Shown one piece after another: positions 1 to 9,771 of a stretch of DNA of 64,000 bases. Under the pieces are notes generated by a model, which saw only the letters and a program-made list of their open reading frames with translations, did not search any database and was not told the origin of the DNA. Position 1 is the first letter of the stretch. Each line of letters begins with the position of its first letter. The stretch lies in contig CAVRZA010000001.1 in NCBI GenBank assembly GCA_963725665.1, positions 32,001 through 96,000 on the forward strand, given 5' to 3'. The position numbers and the translations under genes are program-made. The DNA comes from an uncultured Actinomycetes bacterium. GTDB taxonomy: Bacteria > Actinomycetota > Thermoleophilia > UBA2241.

Positions 1-854
1 TGATCGAGTACGCCGACATAACGGCACAGGTCAACGCCTTGCTTGGCGGCCAGGTTGAGACGGTCAGCCTCCTTTCGTCCGACGAGATCCCATCACTCGA
101 GAGCCAGGGCAAGAAGGTCGTCATCTCCCCCGGCGGCGGCATGAACCCCTTCACCATGAACACCCAGGTGGCGCCGTTCGACGACGTGCGCGTGCGCCAG
201 GCCATGCGGCTCTTGGTCGACCGCAAGCAGATGCTCGATCTCGTGTTCAAGGGCAACGGCACCATCGGCAACGACGTCACCTCGCGCTGGGACCCCGCCT
301 ACGACACCTCGATCCCGCAGCGCGAACAGGACATCGAGCAAGCCAAGTCGCTGCTCAAGGCCGCGGGCAGGGAGGGCCTCACGGTCGAGCTCGTCACGGC
401 CGACATCGCCATGGGCGTGGTCAACAGCGCGCAGGTCTACGCCCAGCAGGCGCAGGCCGCTGGCGTCACCGTCAAACTGCGGAAGACAACGGTGACCGAC
501 TTCTTCGGGGGGACGTATCTCAATTACCCGTTCGCCTTCGACTACTGGGGCTTCCAGTACTACCTGCCGCAGGTCGCCTCGGAGCTGCTGCCGAACTCGC
601 CGTACAACGAGACGCACTGGGACAATGCGCGTACGCAGAAGCTCTACAAGGAGGCGCTGGCGACGCCCGACGAGGCCAAGCGCGCCGAGATCGCGCACGA
701 GATGCAGAAGATCGACCACGAAGAGGGCGGACTGATCATCCCGTTCTTCCCGCCGGTCATCGACGGCTACAACCCCAACCTGCAGGGCATCGTGCCGAGC
801 AGGATCGGCGCGCCCTGGGACAACTTCCGCTTCATGAACTACTGGCTGAGCTGA
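1..854 (+). CDS. ABC transporter substrate-binding protein, family 5 (peptide/nickel), 5'-truncated by window
   Basis: ORF with PFDDVRVRQAM and NETHW motifs of SBP_bac_5; heads a dppBCDF-like operon. Confidence 0.9.
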   Translation, partial: IEYADITAQVNALLGGQVETVSLLSSDEIPSLESQGKKVVISPGGGMNPFTMNTQVAPFDDVRVRQAMRLLVDRKQMLDLVFKGNGTIGNDVTSRWDPAYDTSIPQREQDIEQAKSLLKAAGREGLTVELVTADIAMGVVNSAQVYAQQAQAAGVTVKLRKTTVTDFFGGTYLNYPFAFDYWGFQYYLPQVASELLPNSPYNETHWDNARTQKLYKEALATPDEAKRAEIAHEMQKIDHEEGGLIIPFFPPVIDGYNPNLQGIVPSRIGAPWDNFRFMNYWLS

Positions 855-876
855 GCCGCCCGGCGAAGCGAAACAG

Positions 877-1899
877 GTGACCGCGGTCCCACAAGCTGCA
901 GCAGGGCCGACGCCGAGGGTGCGGGCGAGGCCGACGCACCACCCGATCCTCAGTCTGGTGGGGCGACGCCTCGCCCTCGGCATCGTCACCCTGTGGCTGG
1001 TCTCGATCGTCATCTTCGCCGCGACGCAAGTGCTGCCCGGCAACGCCGCCTACGCGGTCCTCGGGCAGCACGCCACGCCCGACAGGGTCGCGGCGCTCGA
1101 GAAGCAGCTCCACCTCGACCAGCCGATGGTCGTCCAGTACTGGGAGTGGATCTCCGGCGTGCTCAAGGGCGATCTCGGTACCTCGTTCGCCAATGGAGAC
1201 GCCGTCAGTCATCTCGTGGGGCCCCGGATCATCAACTCCGCCGTCCTGGTGCTGCTCGCCGGCCTCTTCGGCACGGTCATCGGCGTCGCGCTGGGCATCA
1301 TCGCGGCGGCGCGCCGTGACGGCTGGCTCGACAACGTGCTTTCCGTCTTCGCGCTGGCCGTCACGGCGCTGCCCGAGTTCGTGGTCGCGATCGGGCTGGT
1401 GATGCTGTTCGCCTCCCTGGCCCTGCACGTCCTCCCGGGGACATCGTTCATCCCCCCGGGCGTCTCGCCGTGGGCGGACCCCTCGCTGCTGGTTCTCCCG
1501 GTCGCCACGCTGGTCATCGTCATCGTGCCCTACATCTTCCGCATGATGCGCGGGGCGATGATCGAGGCCCTCGAGAGCGACTACGTCGAGATGGCCAAGC
1601 TCAAGGGGGTGTCGCGCTGGCGCGTCATGCTCGTGCACGCCCTGCCCAACTCCATAGCGCCGACCATCCAGGTGATCGGTCTCAACCTCCTGTACCTCGC
1701 CGGCGGCATCGTCGTGGTCGAGTACGTGTTCGCCTATCCGGGGATGGGAGCCGGGCTCGTCGACGGTGTGGCGGCGCGAGACATCCCCACGATCCAGTTC
1801 ATCACCCTGGTGTTGGCCGCCTTCTACGTCTTCATGAACATCCTGACCGACGTGGTGGCGCTGCTGGCTTCGCCCCGGCGCCGGTTGCCGCGCTCGTGA
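877..1899 (+). CDS. Peptide ABC transporter permease (DppB/OppB-like)
   Basis: Hydrophobic ORF, GDLGTS motif, EAA-like loop DYVEMAKLKG. Confidence 0.93.
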   Translation: MTAVPQAAAGPTPRVRARPTHHPILSLVGRRLALGIVTLWLVSIVIFAATQVLPGNAAYAVLGQHATPDRVAALEKQLHLDQPMVVQYWEWISGVLKGDLGTSFANGDAVSHLVGPRIINSAVLVLLAGLFGTVIGVALGIIAAARRDGWLDNVLSVFALAVTALPEFVVAIGLVMLFASLALHVLPGTSFIPPGVSPWADPSLLVLPVATLVIVIVPYIFRMMRGAMIEALESDYVEMAKLKGVSRWRVMLVHALPNSIAPTIQVIGLNLLYLAGGIVVVEYVFAYPGMGAGLVDGVAARDIPTIQFITLVLAAFYVFMNILTDVVALLASPRRRLPRS

Positions 1900-1914
1900 C
1901 GAGGACCGTCGATC

Positions 1915-2874
1915 GTGGCGAGTGAGGGTAAGGCCACGCGAACGCCTACCAACGGCGGGCGGCAGGCCAGGGTGCGCCGACACGAGTGGCTGGCCGTGCT
2001 GCGAGCGGCCGCCCGCAGCCGGCGCGGCAAGATCGGACTGTGCGTGGCGTCCGTCGTGATCGGCATCGCCGTCATCGGTCCCTTCGTGGCGCCGCACTCC
2101 GCCACCGAGTTCGTCAGCTCGACGTTCGATCCGCCAAGCGCCGAGTACTGGCTCGGCACCGACGTTCTGGGACGCGACGTGTTGAGCCGCATCCTCGACG
2201 GCGGCTGGCTGCTGCTCGTGGTTGCGGCGGCCGCTACCGTGCTTGGCGTCGCCGTCGGCGCCTTCGCCGGCATCGCCGCAGCCTACTATCGTGGCTGGAA
2301 AGACGGTCTGATCATGCGCATCGTCGACGTCATCCTGGCGTTTCCGGCCATCGTGTTCGCCCTGCTCCTGGTCAGCATCGCCGGTCCCAAGCTCTGGCTC
2401 GTCGTGGTCGCCGTAGCCGCCACTCACGCGCCGCAGGTCGCGCGCGTCATGCGCGCCTCCGCTCTCGACATCTGCGAGAAGGACTTCGTCAAGGCCATCG
2501 AACTGATCCGGGTGCCATCGCGCAAGATCATTCGCGGGGAGGTCCTGCCCAATCTGGTCACGCCGCTGATGGTCGAGACCGGTCTGCGGATGACCTGGTC
2601 CATCGTCATCATCGCCGGGCTGAGCTTCATCGGCTTCGGCTTGCAGCCACCGGCGCCCAACTGGGGCCTCATGCTCAACGAGAACCGCATCGGGCTGGTC
2701 AGCAACCCCTGGGCGGTCATCGCGCCGGCATTGCTGATCGCCCTGCTCACCGTCGGTCTGAACACGTTCACCGACGCCGTGGCTCGTGTGTCGATAGGGG
2801 TCGAACGTCCCGTCGGCGAGCAGCAGCTCCTCGAGGAGCAGCTCATCGGCCGGCCGCTCGACGCGGTAGGCTGA
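1915..2874 (+). CDS. Peptide ABC transporter permease (DppC/OppC-like)
   Basis: WLGTDVLGRDVLSR and GLQPPAPNWG motifs. Confidence 0.93.
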   Translation: MASEGKATRTPTNGGRQARVRRHEWLAVLRAAARSRRGKIGLCVASVVIGIAVIGPFVAPHSATEFVSSTFDPPSAEYWLGTDVLGRDVLSRILDGGWLLLVVAAAATVLGVAVGAFAGIAAAYYRGWKDGLIMRIVDVILAFPAIVFALLLVSIAGPKLWLVVVAVAATHAPQVARVMRASALDICEKDFVKAIELIRVPSRKIIRGEVLPNLVTPLMVETGLRMTWSIVIIAGLSFIGFGLQPPAPNWGLMLNENRIGLVSNPWAVIAPALLIALLTVGLNTFTDAVARVSIGVERPVGEQQLLEEQLIGRPLDAVG

Positions 2875-2875
2875 C

Positions 2876-4718
2876 ATGGGCGAGGCGCCCTGCCTTGTCG
2901 TAGAGGGCCTGCGCGTCGACCTGGCCAAGTCGACCGTCGACGTCGTCGACGACATCTCACTGACCGTCGACGCCGGCCAGGTCGTGGGCCTTGTGGGCGA
3001 ATCGGGCTCGGGCAAGACCACGGTAGCCCTCGCCCTGCTGGGCCACGCACGGCGCGGACTGAAGGTGGTCGCCGGCACGGTCATCCTCGAAGGCAGGGAT
3101 GTGCTCACGATGTCGCCGCACGAGCTCAAGCGGCTGCGCGGTCGCGGCGTCGCCTACGTGCCTCAAGACCCGGGGAGCGCACTCAACCCCTCGCTCAAGG
3201 TCGGCTACCAGCTCAAGGAGGCGCTGGAGGTGCACGCCGGCGAGGATTCCGGTCTGCCCGACGTCAAGGAACGCATGGCGCAGGTGCTGGCCGAGGTCGA
3301 CCTGACGGCCAGCGCGGAGATCCTCGGCTCGTACCCGCATCAGCTCTCCGGCGGTCAGCAGCAGCGCATCGCCCTCGCCATGGCCTTCTCCTGCCGCCCC
3401 GGGCTCATCGTGCTCGACGAGCCGACCACGGGGCTCGACGTGGCCACCCAGCGTCACGTGCTCGACACGGTACGAGGATTGTGCAGGTCCTACGGCGTGG
3501 CGGCGGTGTACGTGACCCACGACCTGGCGGTCATCGCGGAGATCGCCGATCGGGTGGCGGTGATGTACGCGGGATGGCTCATCGAGCTGGGCTCGACCAA
3601 GGCCGTCTTCGAATCGCCGGCCCACCCCTACACGGCGGGGCTGCTCAAGGCGATCCCCTCTCCTGAGATCTCCCATTCGCTGATCGGGATGGAGGGCCAG
3701 CCTCCCCAGCCGGGCAAAAGACCCCCGGGCTGTCTCTTCGAGCCGCGTTGCCCGCACGCCATCCCCGAGTGCAGCAGGGCGCGTCCCCGGCTGGAGGCGG
3801 TCAACGGCAACGCCCACGAAGCGCGGTGCATCAGGGCGAAGGAGCTCATCCTGACAGCGGCCGGCGTCGAGCAGCTAGCGGCGGAGCGAGCCGACGTAGA
3901 GACGGGGGCCACCAAGCCGCCTCTGTTCGTGGTCAAGGGGCTTGACGGCCACTACGCGGAGAAGCAGATCCTCTACGACGTCTCGCTGGAGATACCGGAG
4001 ACGGCGTGCGTGGCCGTCGTCGGCGAGTCGGGCTCGGGCAAGACGACTCTGGCGCGCTGCCTCACCGGCATGCACGGCAACTGGACCGGCAGCGTCTCCT
4101 TCGCGGGCAAGGAGCTCAAGCCCACGGCGAGGGAGCGCGACCTCGAGGTGCTGCGCTCGGTGCAGTACATCTTCCAGAACCCCTACACCTCGCTCAACCC
4201 GCGCAAGACGATCGGCCAGCTCGTCGAGCAGCCCCTGGCGCACTTCTTCAAGCTCTCGCCGCGCGAGCGCACGGAGCGGGTGGTCGACGACGCTCGAGGC
4301 CGTGGCGCTGAGCGGCGACTTCCTGGGCCGTTACCCGGACCAGCTCAGCGGCGGCGAGCGTCAGCGGGTGGCCATCGCGCGGGCGCTCATCGTGGAGCCG
4401 AGATTGCTGGTGTGCGACGAGGTCACCTCGGCGCTCGACGTGTCCGTGCAGGCGGCGGTCGTGGAACTTCTCCGCCGCCTGCAGCACGAACGCGGCCTGA
4501 GCCTGCTCTTCATCACGCACAACCTCGCCCTCGTGCGCAGCATCGCGCAGGAGGTCGTCGTCTTGCACGAAGGCCGCATCGTCGAGCGCGGGCCGACGGA
4601 CCGGGTGCTCTCGCATCCCGTCGACGACTACACCATTCGCCTCCTTGAAGATGTGCCCAAGCTCACGTCGCTGACCGGTCCGGTCCCCGAGCGCGGCACG
4701 GCCATCGCCTCGACGTGA
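2876..4718 (+). CDS. Fused double ABC ATPase (DppD/F-like), frameshift near 4290
   Basis: Two Walker A motifs GESGSGKT; the second LSGGERQR/DEVT half continues in the 3942..4718 frame. Confidence 0.88.
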
Positions 4719-4758
4719 GGCCAGTCGCCGACGGCCGGCAATGAGATAGGGAGCGGTC

Positions 4759-6189
4759 ATGCCATCACCCCGGGTCTCTCTGCTGCATCCCTCCGATCGC
4801 GATCTCATCCATGAGCGGACGCTGGAGGTGCTCGACCAAGTCGGGGTGCGCTTTCAGAGCGCGAACGCGCGAGAGGTTCTCAAGGATGCTGGATGCAGGG
4901 TCGATCACGAGGGCGGGATCGTGCGCATTCCCGCACAGTTGGTGGAGTGGGCCCTTGACCAACTGCCGAGAGATGTCCTTCTGGCCGGCCGCGACCCCGG
5001 TCGCGACGCGCTCCTCGACGGGTCGAGGACATTCGCGACCGTCGCCGGGATCTGCCCCTATATCGTCGACGTGGACACCGGGCTCTACAGGGCTCCGCGA
5101 CTGCGCGACGTAGAAGACGTGACGCGCATCGCCGATGCCCTCGACGCTTTCGGCATCGTCTGGTACTCCGTCAGCCCGACCGCAGACACCGCGGCGAAGA
5201 TGACCGATCTGGCAGCCACGGCGCGCATGCTCGCAGCCACCAGCAAACACGTGATGGGCCAGGTCACTCGCCCGGCTGAAGTCCCTTATGCCCTCGAGCT
5301 CGTTCGCCTGTGTGCTGCGGACGACGACCGCCCTTTGTTCTCGATCATCTACTGTCCGGTCGCGCCCCTGCAGCACGGCGGTCCGGCGATCGAAGCGGCC
5401 ATGGCTCTGGCCGCCCAACGCGTGCCCATCGACATCTTCAGCCTCGGTCTCGCCGGGGCGACGGCGCCGGTCACCCTTGCCGGCACGATCACGCAGACCA
5501 ACTGCGAGGTGCTGAGTGCCGCCGTGCTCCTCCAGCTCGTCGCCCCCGGCTGCCCCCTCATCTACTCTGCCAACGCCGGCATCATGGACATGCGGACCTC
5601 CCGTTTCGCCGTCTCGACCCCCGAGACGATCCTCATGAACGTCGCTCAGATCGAGCTGGCCCATTCCTACGGCATGCCGGCGCTCAGCGTGGGCTTCGTG
5701 CCCGACACCAGCGAGCTGGGGTTCCGCGGCGGCGTCGAGGACATGGCGTTCGCGCTGCCGACCCGCCTCGCTTGCCCGGACATCATGACCGGCCTGGGGA
5801 CCCTCGAGGCCGGTCAGGCGGTGTCGCTGCCCAAGATGCTGCTCGACGCCGAGATCGTGGCGTACCTGGATCGTGTGATGGAGGGTATCGCGGTGGACGG
5901 AGAGCACATCTCCGTCGAGGCAATCAGGTTGGCCGGCGCCGGCGGGCAGTACCTTTCGCAGAAAGAGACGCGCACGCGCATACGGGCAGGCGAGCACTGG
6001 CTCCCGGACCTGTTCCACAGACGCTCCTATTCGGAGCGACAGGGCGGCGCCCCTGACGAGATACACGGCGCGGCCAAGCGCGCGGCAGAGATCCTAGCCA
6101 CGCACAGGCCCCTTCCACTCCCGCCGGGAGCAGCCGAGCGCGTCGCCGACGTTCTCCTGGCGGCCGAACGCGAGTTGCCCGGCGCATGA
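4759..6189 (+). CDS. Trimethylamine methyltransferase (MttB) family protein, non-pyrrolysine
   Basis: GATAPVTLAGTITQTNCEVL and MDMRT motifs; no in-frame amber codon. Confidence 0.88.
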   Translation: MPSPRVSLLHPSDRDLIHERTLEVLDQVGVRFQSANAREVLKDAGCRVDHEGGIVRIPAQLVEWALDQLPRDVLLAGRDPGRDALLDGSRTFATVAGICPYIVDVDTGLYRAPRLRDVEDVTRIADALDAFGIVWYSVSPTADTAAKMTDLAATARMLAATSKHVMGQVTRPAEVPYALELVRLCAADDDRPLFSIIYCPVAPLQHGGPAIEAAMALAAQRVPIDIFSLGLAGATAPVTLAGTITQTNCEVLSAAVLLQLVAPGCPLIYSANAGIMDMRTSRFAVSTPETILMNVAQIELAHSYGMPALSVGFVPDTSELGFRGGVEDMAFALPTRLACPDIMTGLGTLEAGQAVSLPKMLLDAEIVAYLDRVMEGIAVDGEHISVEAIRLAGAGGQYLSQKETRTRIRAGEHWLPDLFHRRSYSERQGGAPDEIHGAAKRAAEILATHRPLPLPPGAAERVADVLLAAERELPGA

Positions 6190-6203
6190 GCACCAGAAGG
6201 GGC

Positions 6204-6250
6204 CGGTAGCGCATACCGGATTCGAACGGGTGTGGCGGCTGTGAGTGGGC
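6204..6250 (-). repeat. Degenerate 3' duplicate of tRNA-Glu (att-like scar)
   Basis: ggtagcgcataccggattcgaac matches the tRNA-Glu 3' end at 45560 onward; anticodon arm eroded. Confidence 0.85.
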
Positions 6251-6469
6251 ACTGATCAGTCTGCGACGAAGTGTCAGCGAGTGCCTCAGAGAGCCTTCCT
6301 GAGCGTGGAGAACGGGGTCGAGTGCTGCCCGGAGTGACTAAGCGCCACCTGCTGCCGCTGCCGACGTTCCCCCCTACGGTTTGCGCAAGGCGCTCGTCCA
6401 GCACAAAGAGGAGACGAGAACCGAACATCGGCCGGCGAGTCCGGGTTCGCCCCGCCTCAAGGAGACGAC

Positions 6470-6985
6470 ATGAGCACCGCAAGCATCAGCGATGCGCTGC
6501 AGAGGATCAGCAACGTATTCGCCGCCGATCCAGAAAAGGCGCACACGAAGGGCACTCCCGCGACGGCACGCCTAGTGGACGGGCTCCGATTCGAGGTGAC
6601 CGGCCCGACGGGTGAGATCGCTCACACCGACATGCCGGCGGCGCTGGGCGGCGCTGCGAGCGCGCCGGCTCCGGGCTGGCTGCTCCGTGGAGCGATCGCC
6701 TCTTGCACCGCCACCGTCATTGCCATGCGCGCGGCACGGATCGGGGTTCACCTGAAGACGCTTGAGACCACCGTCGAGAGCGAGTCAGATCAACGCGGCC
6801 TGCTCGGTCTGGATGAGAGCGTCTCCGCCGCATTCACCACGATGCGTATACGAGTCAGGATCGGGGCAGACAACGTCGCACCCGATGACTTGCGTGCACT
6901 GGTCACATGGGGCGACGTTCATTCACCCGTCGCATGCACCGTGCGCAAATCTCCGGTGACTTCCGTTGAGGTCGAGATCGTCTGA
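6470..6985 (+). CDS. OsmC family protein
   Basis: TDMPAALGGAASAPAPGWLLRGAIASC and HSPV motifs; aaggag RBS. Confidence 0.85.
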   Translation: MSTASISDALQRISNVFAADPEKAHTKGTPATARLVDGLRFEVTGPTGEIAHTDMPAALGGAASAPAPGWLLRGAIASCTATVIAMRAARIGVHLKTLETTVESESDQRGLLGLDESVSAAFTTMRIRVRIGADNVAPDDLRALVTWGDVHSPVACTVRKSPVTSVEVEIV

Positions 6986-7092
6986 GCATCGTCCACGCCG
7001 ATTCATGGGCACCGATGGTTCACCCAAGATGGGGCGTTTGCATGGCTTGGGCACTTCAACTTCAAGGAGGCCATCGATCTTGAGCGCTATCT

Positions 7093-7174
7093 CGAAGTCG
7101 AGCCCGAGAGACCTTGGTGAGCGTAGAGAGGCGTATCCGCCTCTCCTACGGTGAGCGCAACCGCCCTGCAACCC
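7093..7174 (+). repeat. Partial copy of repeat family R2
   Basis: gtgagcgt, hairpin, then gcaaccgccctgcaaccc; similar to 25164 and 39684 copies. Confidence 0.65.
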
Positions 7175-7276
7175 GACTCTATCTGAGGTCCTTGAGAACG
7201 CGTCCGTGAAGGCCTCCTGCCTTGCCCGTGTAGACTTGCGGCACGCGCACGGGGAGACGGGAACCAAGGAGGAGGT

Positions 7277-7462
7277 ATGGCAGGCAGCAACTACGCGGGT
7301 GGAGCCGGTGGCGGGGCGGTCTACGGCCTCGGCTTCATCGGGGCGCTTGTCTACTACATCCAGAGTGCGACTTCGTTCTGGGATGGGGTCTACGGCGTCT
7401 TTCAGGCAATAGTCTGGCCAGCGTTTCTGGTCTACGGGGCGCTGCACTCCCTGAAGCTGTAG
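7277..7462 (+). CDS. Small (61 aa) membrane protein
   Basis: Strong RBS aaggaggagg; two hydrophobic segments. Confidence 0.75.
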   Translation: MAGSNYAGGAGGGAVYGLGFIGALVYYIQSATSFWDGVYGVFQAIVWPAFLVYGALHSLKL

Positions 7463-7600
7463 TAGTCAGCACTGGGCCTTCCTGGCCGGAGGGCAACTGA
7501 CAGAGCACCTCCCATATCTGCTCCAGTCGTTCCTGCTCTCTCTCGATCCAGGTCTGACTCTAGGATACCGGGTTGGTTGCAGGCAGATCATCGCTGCACG

Positions 7601-9061
7601 TCACCTCGAGGCCTTGACCCACGACCTAGGGTTCTTCGAGATCCGTCGCTTCTGGAGTGACATGGGCATGAGATCGAGGTGCATTCCGGTCGTCCCTCCA
7701 GGGTCGCGGCTGAAGAGGACGCGGGCGGTGCCTATGCCGAACTCGGACAGGTCGATGCGGAACGCATAGGGGTCCATGTCGTCGTCCGGGAGTAGGGGAA
7801 AGCCTCTGTAGAGCGCGGGTAATGGGCTCAGACCTCGAAGCATCAGCTGACCACGCCGAACGAAGACCTCGGCTCCCGCGCCGATCGTTAGCCTCGCACG
7901 TGCATCCGTGAGCCGGGCGGAGAGCCGGTACCAACCGCAGATATCGCCCCATATCTCAGGGCGTTGCGGAACATCGGTCCGGATGACCTCGTCCGGGACG
8001 CCGAGCAGGCGCTTGAGCAGCCCGGCGACCTCACCCGGCAGCCAAAACATCGCACGCCTGGCCCCATTGGTGAAGGCCATCACACCGACTCCGTCGTCGG
8101 GAGCCGCGAAGATCTGAGAGTTGAAGCCAGGGAGAATCCCCCCGTGCTCGACCGCGAGATGGCCGCCAATGATGAACCGGGAGAACGCCAGCCCGATACC
8201 CGGCACTCGGGGATCGGGCCGGTAGTGCGGCTCGAATATGCTGGCAAGCGTCGCCGGTTTGAGCACTGAGCCGTGCTCGTTGGCGCCACCGCCGAGGAGA
8301 GCCGCGACGTAGCGTGCCATGTCCCTCGGAGTCGAGTAGATGGAGGAGGCTCCCGCGGTCACCCACTCGCGGTCGGTGACCGCTTTCGCACCATTGGAGC
8401 GCAGGTTGTAGCCCGTCGCGAGGCGGGACTTGACCAGCTCGGATCGGAGGAGGTCGGTGTCGGCCATGCCGAGGGGCTCGAAGATGTGCTCGCGTAGGTA
8501 GCAGTCGAAGGGCTTCCCGCTCACGTCCTCGACGATCTGGCCGAGAGTGGCGAAGCCGTGGTCGGTGTATATGAACCGGGTGCCCGGTTCGGCCGCCAGG
8601 CGGAGACCGCCGCGGTAGTACTCCGCAAGCGTCGGCAGTGGCTGTCCGAGCTTGAAGCTCTCCCCAAAGTCCGACCTGAACGCGTCGGAGGCGTGCAGCT
8701 CCTCTGGGATTCCGGCCGTGTGGGTCAGCAGATGGCGCACTGTCGCCGGCCGGAAGCTGGCCTTCGCCGGGATCAGCCGATACGCCCGCAGGTAGTCGTT
8801 GGCGGGCGCATCGAGGTCGACCGACCCTTGCTCCCAGAGCTGCATCACGGCGATCGCCGTGAATGTCTTGGTGATGGAGGCGATGCGAAAGACCGTATCC
8901 TCAGTCACGGGTGTGTTCGACGCGATATCTGCGACCCCGTGTCCGAAGAAGAACTCGAGGGATCCGTAGCGGACCACTCCCACCGCCAGTCCGACTGCCG
9001 GCCAGCGGTTGAGGATCTCGCGGACTCTGGCCTTCATCTCGAGCTCATCGACATCAGACAT
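7601..9061 (-). CDS. Serine hydrolase, beta-lactamase family
   Basis: FRIASITK (SxxK), LLTHTAG and HGG motifs. Confidence 0.9.
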   Translation of the reverse strand: MSDVDELEMKARVREILNRWPAVGLAVGVVRYGSLEFFFGHGVADIASNTPVTEDTVFRIASITKTFTAIAVMQLWEQGSVDLDAPANDYLRAYRLIPAKASFRPATVRHLLTHTAGIPEELHASDAFRSDFGESFKLGQPLPTLAEYYRGGLRLAAEPGTRFIYTDHGFATLGQIVEDVSGKPFDCYLREHIFEPLGMADTDLLRSELVKSRLATGYNLRSNGAKAVTDREWVTAGASSIYSTPRDMARYVAALLGGGANEHGSVLKPATLASIFEPHYRPDPRVPGIGLAFSRFIIGGHLAVEHGGILPGFNSQIFAAPDDGVGVMAFTNGARRAMFWLPGEVAGLLKRLLGVPDEVIRTDVPQRPEIWGDICGWYRLSARLTDARARLTIGAGAEVFVRRGQLMLRGLSPLPALYRGFPLLPDDDMDPYAFRIDLSEFGIGTARVLFSRDPGGTTGMHLDLMPMSLQKRRISKNPRSWVKASR

Positions 9062-9163
9062 GGCTCTCCCTTCCTTTCACCCGCCCGCTGAGGGTAGTGA
9101 GCCTGGCTGGCCCTGAGTTCTCTCGTAGACTAATCCATACAGTCTGCAGAACCGTTGTCAGGC

Positions 9164-9670
9164 GTGACTCAAGGAGCTGCGTTGGCTAGGGATGCACGTC
9201 TTGTGGCCGTCCACCGCGGCGGCCTGCTCGACGCGCGCCGGCACCGCCTGCTCGCGCGCTGGGCCGCCGACTGCGCCGAGCACGTCCTTCCGTTGTTCGC
9301 AGACACGTATCCGGGCGACGACCGACCACGCCTCGCGATCGAGACCACACGTGCGTGGTCCCGCGGTGAGGTGACCGTCGGTGAGGCGCGTGCGGCATCC
9401 GTTGAAGCGCACGCAGCTGCAAGAAGCGCCTCTGACGGCGCCGCGACGGCCGCTGCCCGCGCGGCCGGCCACGCGGTCGCGACCGCGCACATGGCTGACC
9501 ACTCGCTGGGCGCTGCCGCCTACGCTGTCAGGGCCCTGAGTCTGGCGCCCCAGACGACCGATGCGAAGATGGCGGTTGACCGCGAACGCCGATGGCAGCG
9601 CGAGCATCTGCCAGAAGCGATCCGTGAACTCGTGGTCTCGGCCCAGGAGCAGCGGTCGATCTTCACCTGA
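9164..9670 (+). CDS. Putative immunity protein (Imm5-like)
   Basis: [10 protein letters not shown]...DDRPR...[13 protein letters not shown] pattern. Confidence 0.75.
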   Translation: MTQGAALARDARLVAVHRGGLLDARRHRLLARWAADCAEHVLPLFADTYPGDDRPRLAIETTRAWSRGEVTVGEARAASVEAHAAARSASDGAATAAARAAGHAVATAHMADHSLGAAAYAVRALSLAPQTTDAKMAVDRERRWQREHLPEAIRELVVSAQEQRSIFT

Positions 9671-9680
9671 GTCACGGTCC

Positions 9681-9742
9681 TGGTAGCGCGTACCGGATCC
9701 GAGGATTCGGACCTCGGTTCCACGATCCAGAGCCGCGTGTCC
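9681..9742 (-). pseudogene. Chimeric tRNA remnant: tRNA-Gln(CTG) anticodon and T arms fused to the tRNA-Glu 3' end
   Basis: 9681-9702 is about 20/22 identical to the tRNA-Glu 3' end; 9699-9740 gives T arm CGAGG/CCTCG and anticodon arm CGCGG-CTCTGGA-TCGTG. Confidence 0.75.
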
Positions 9743-9771
9743 ACCAGCCTCCTATGCTATCCTCGGCCCCC

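Noticed and set aside
832-3129. Long antisense or alternate-frame ORFs (e.g. 832..3129, 51436..53691, 60151..61893)
   Set aside because: Shadow ORFs of high-GC coding strands with no recognisable motifs.
4759-6189. Pyrrolysine recoding in the MttB homologue
   Set aside because: The ORF is uninterrupted and no pyl genes are present in the window.
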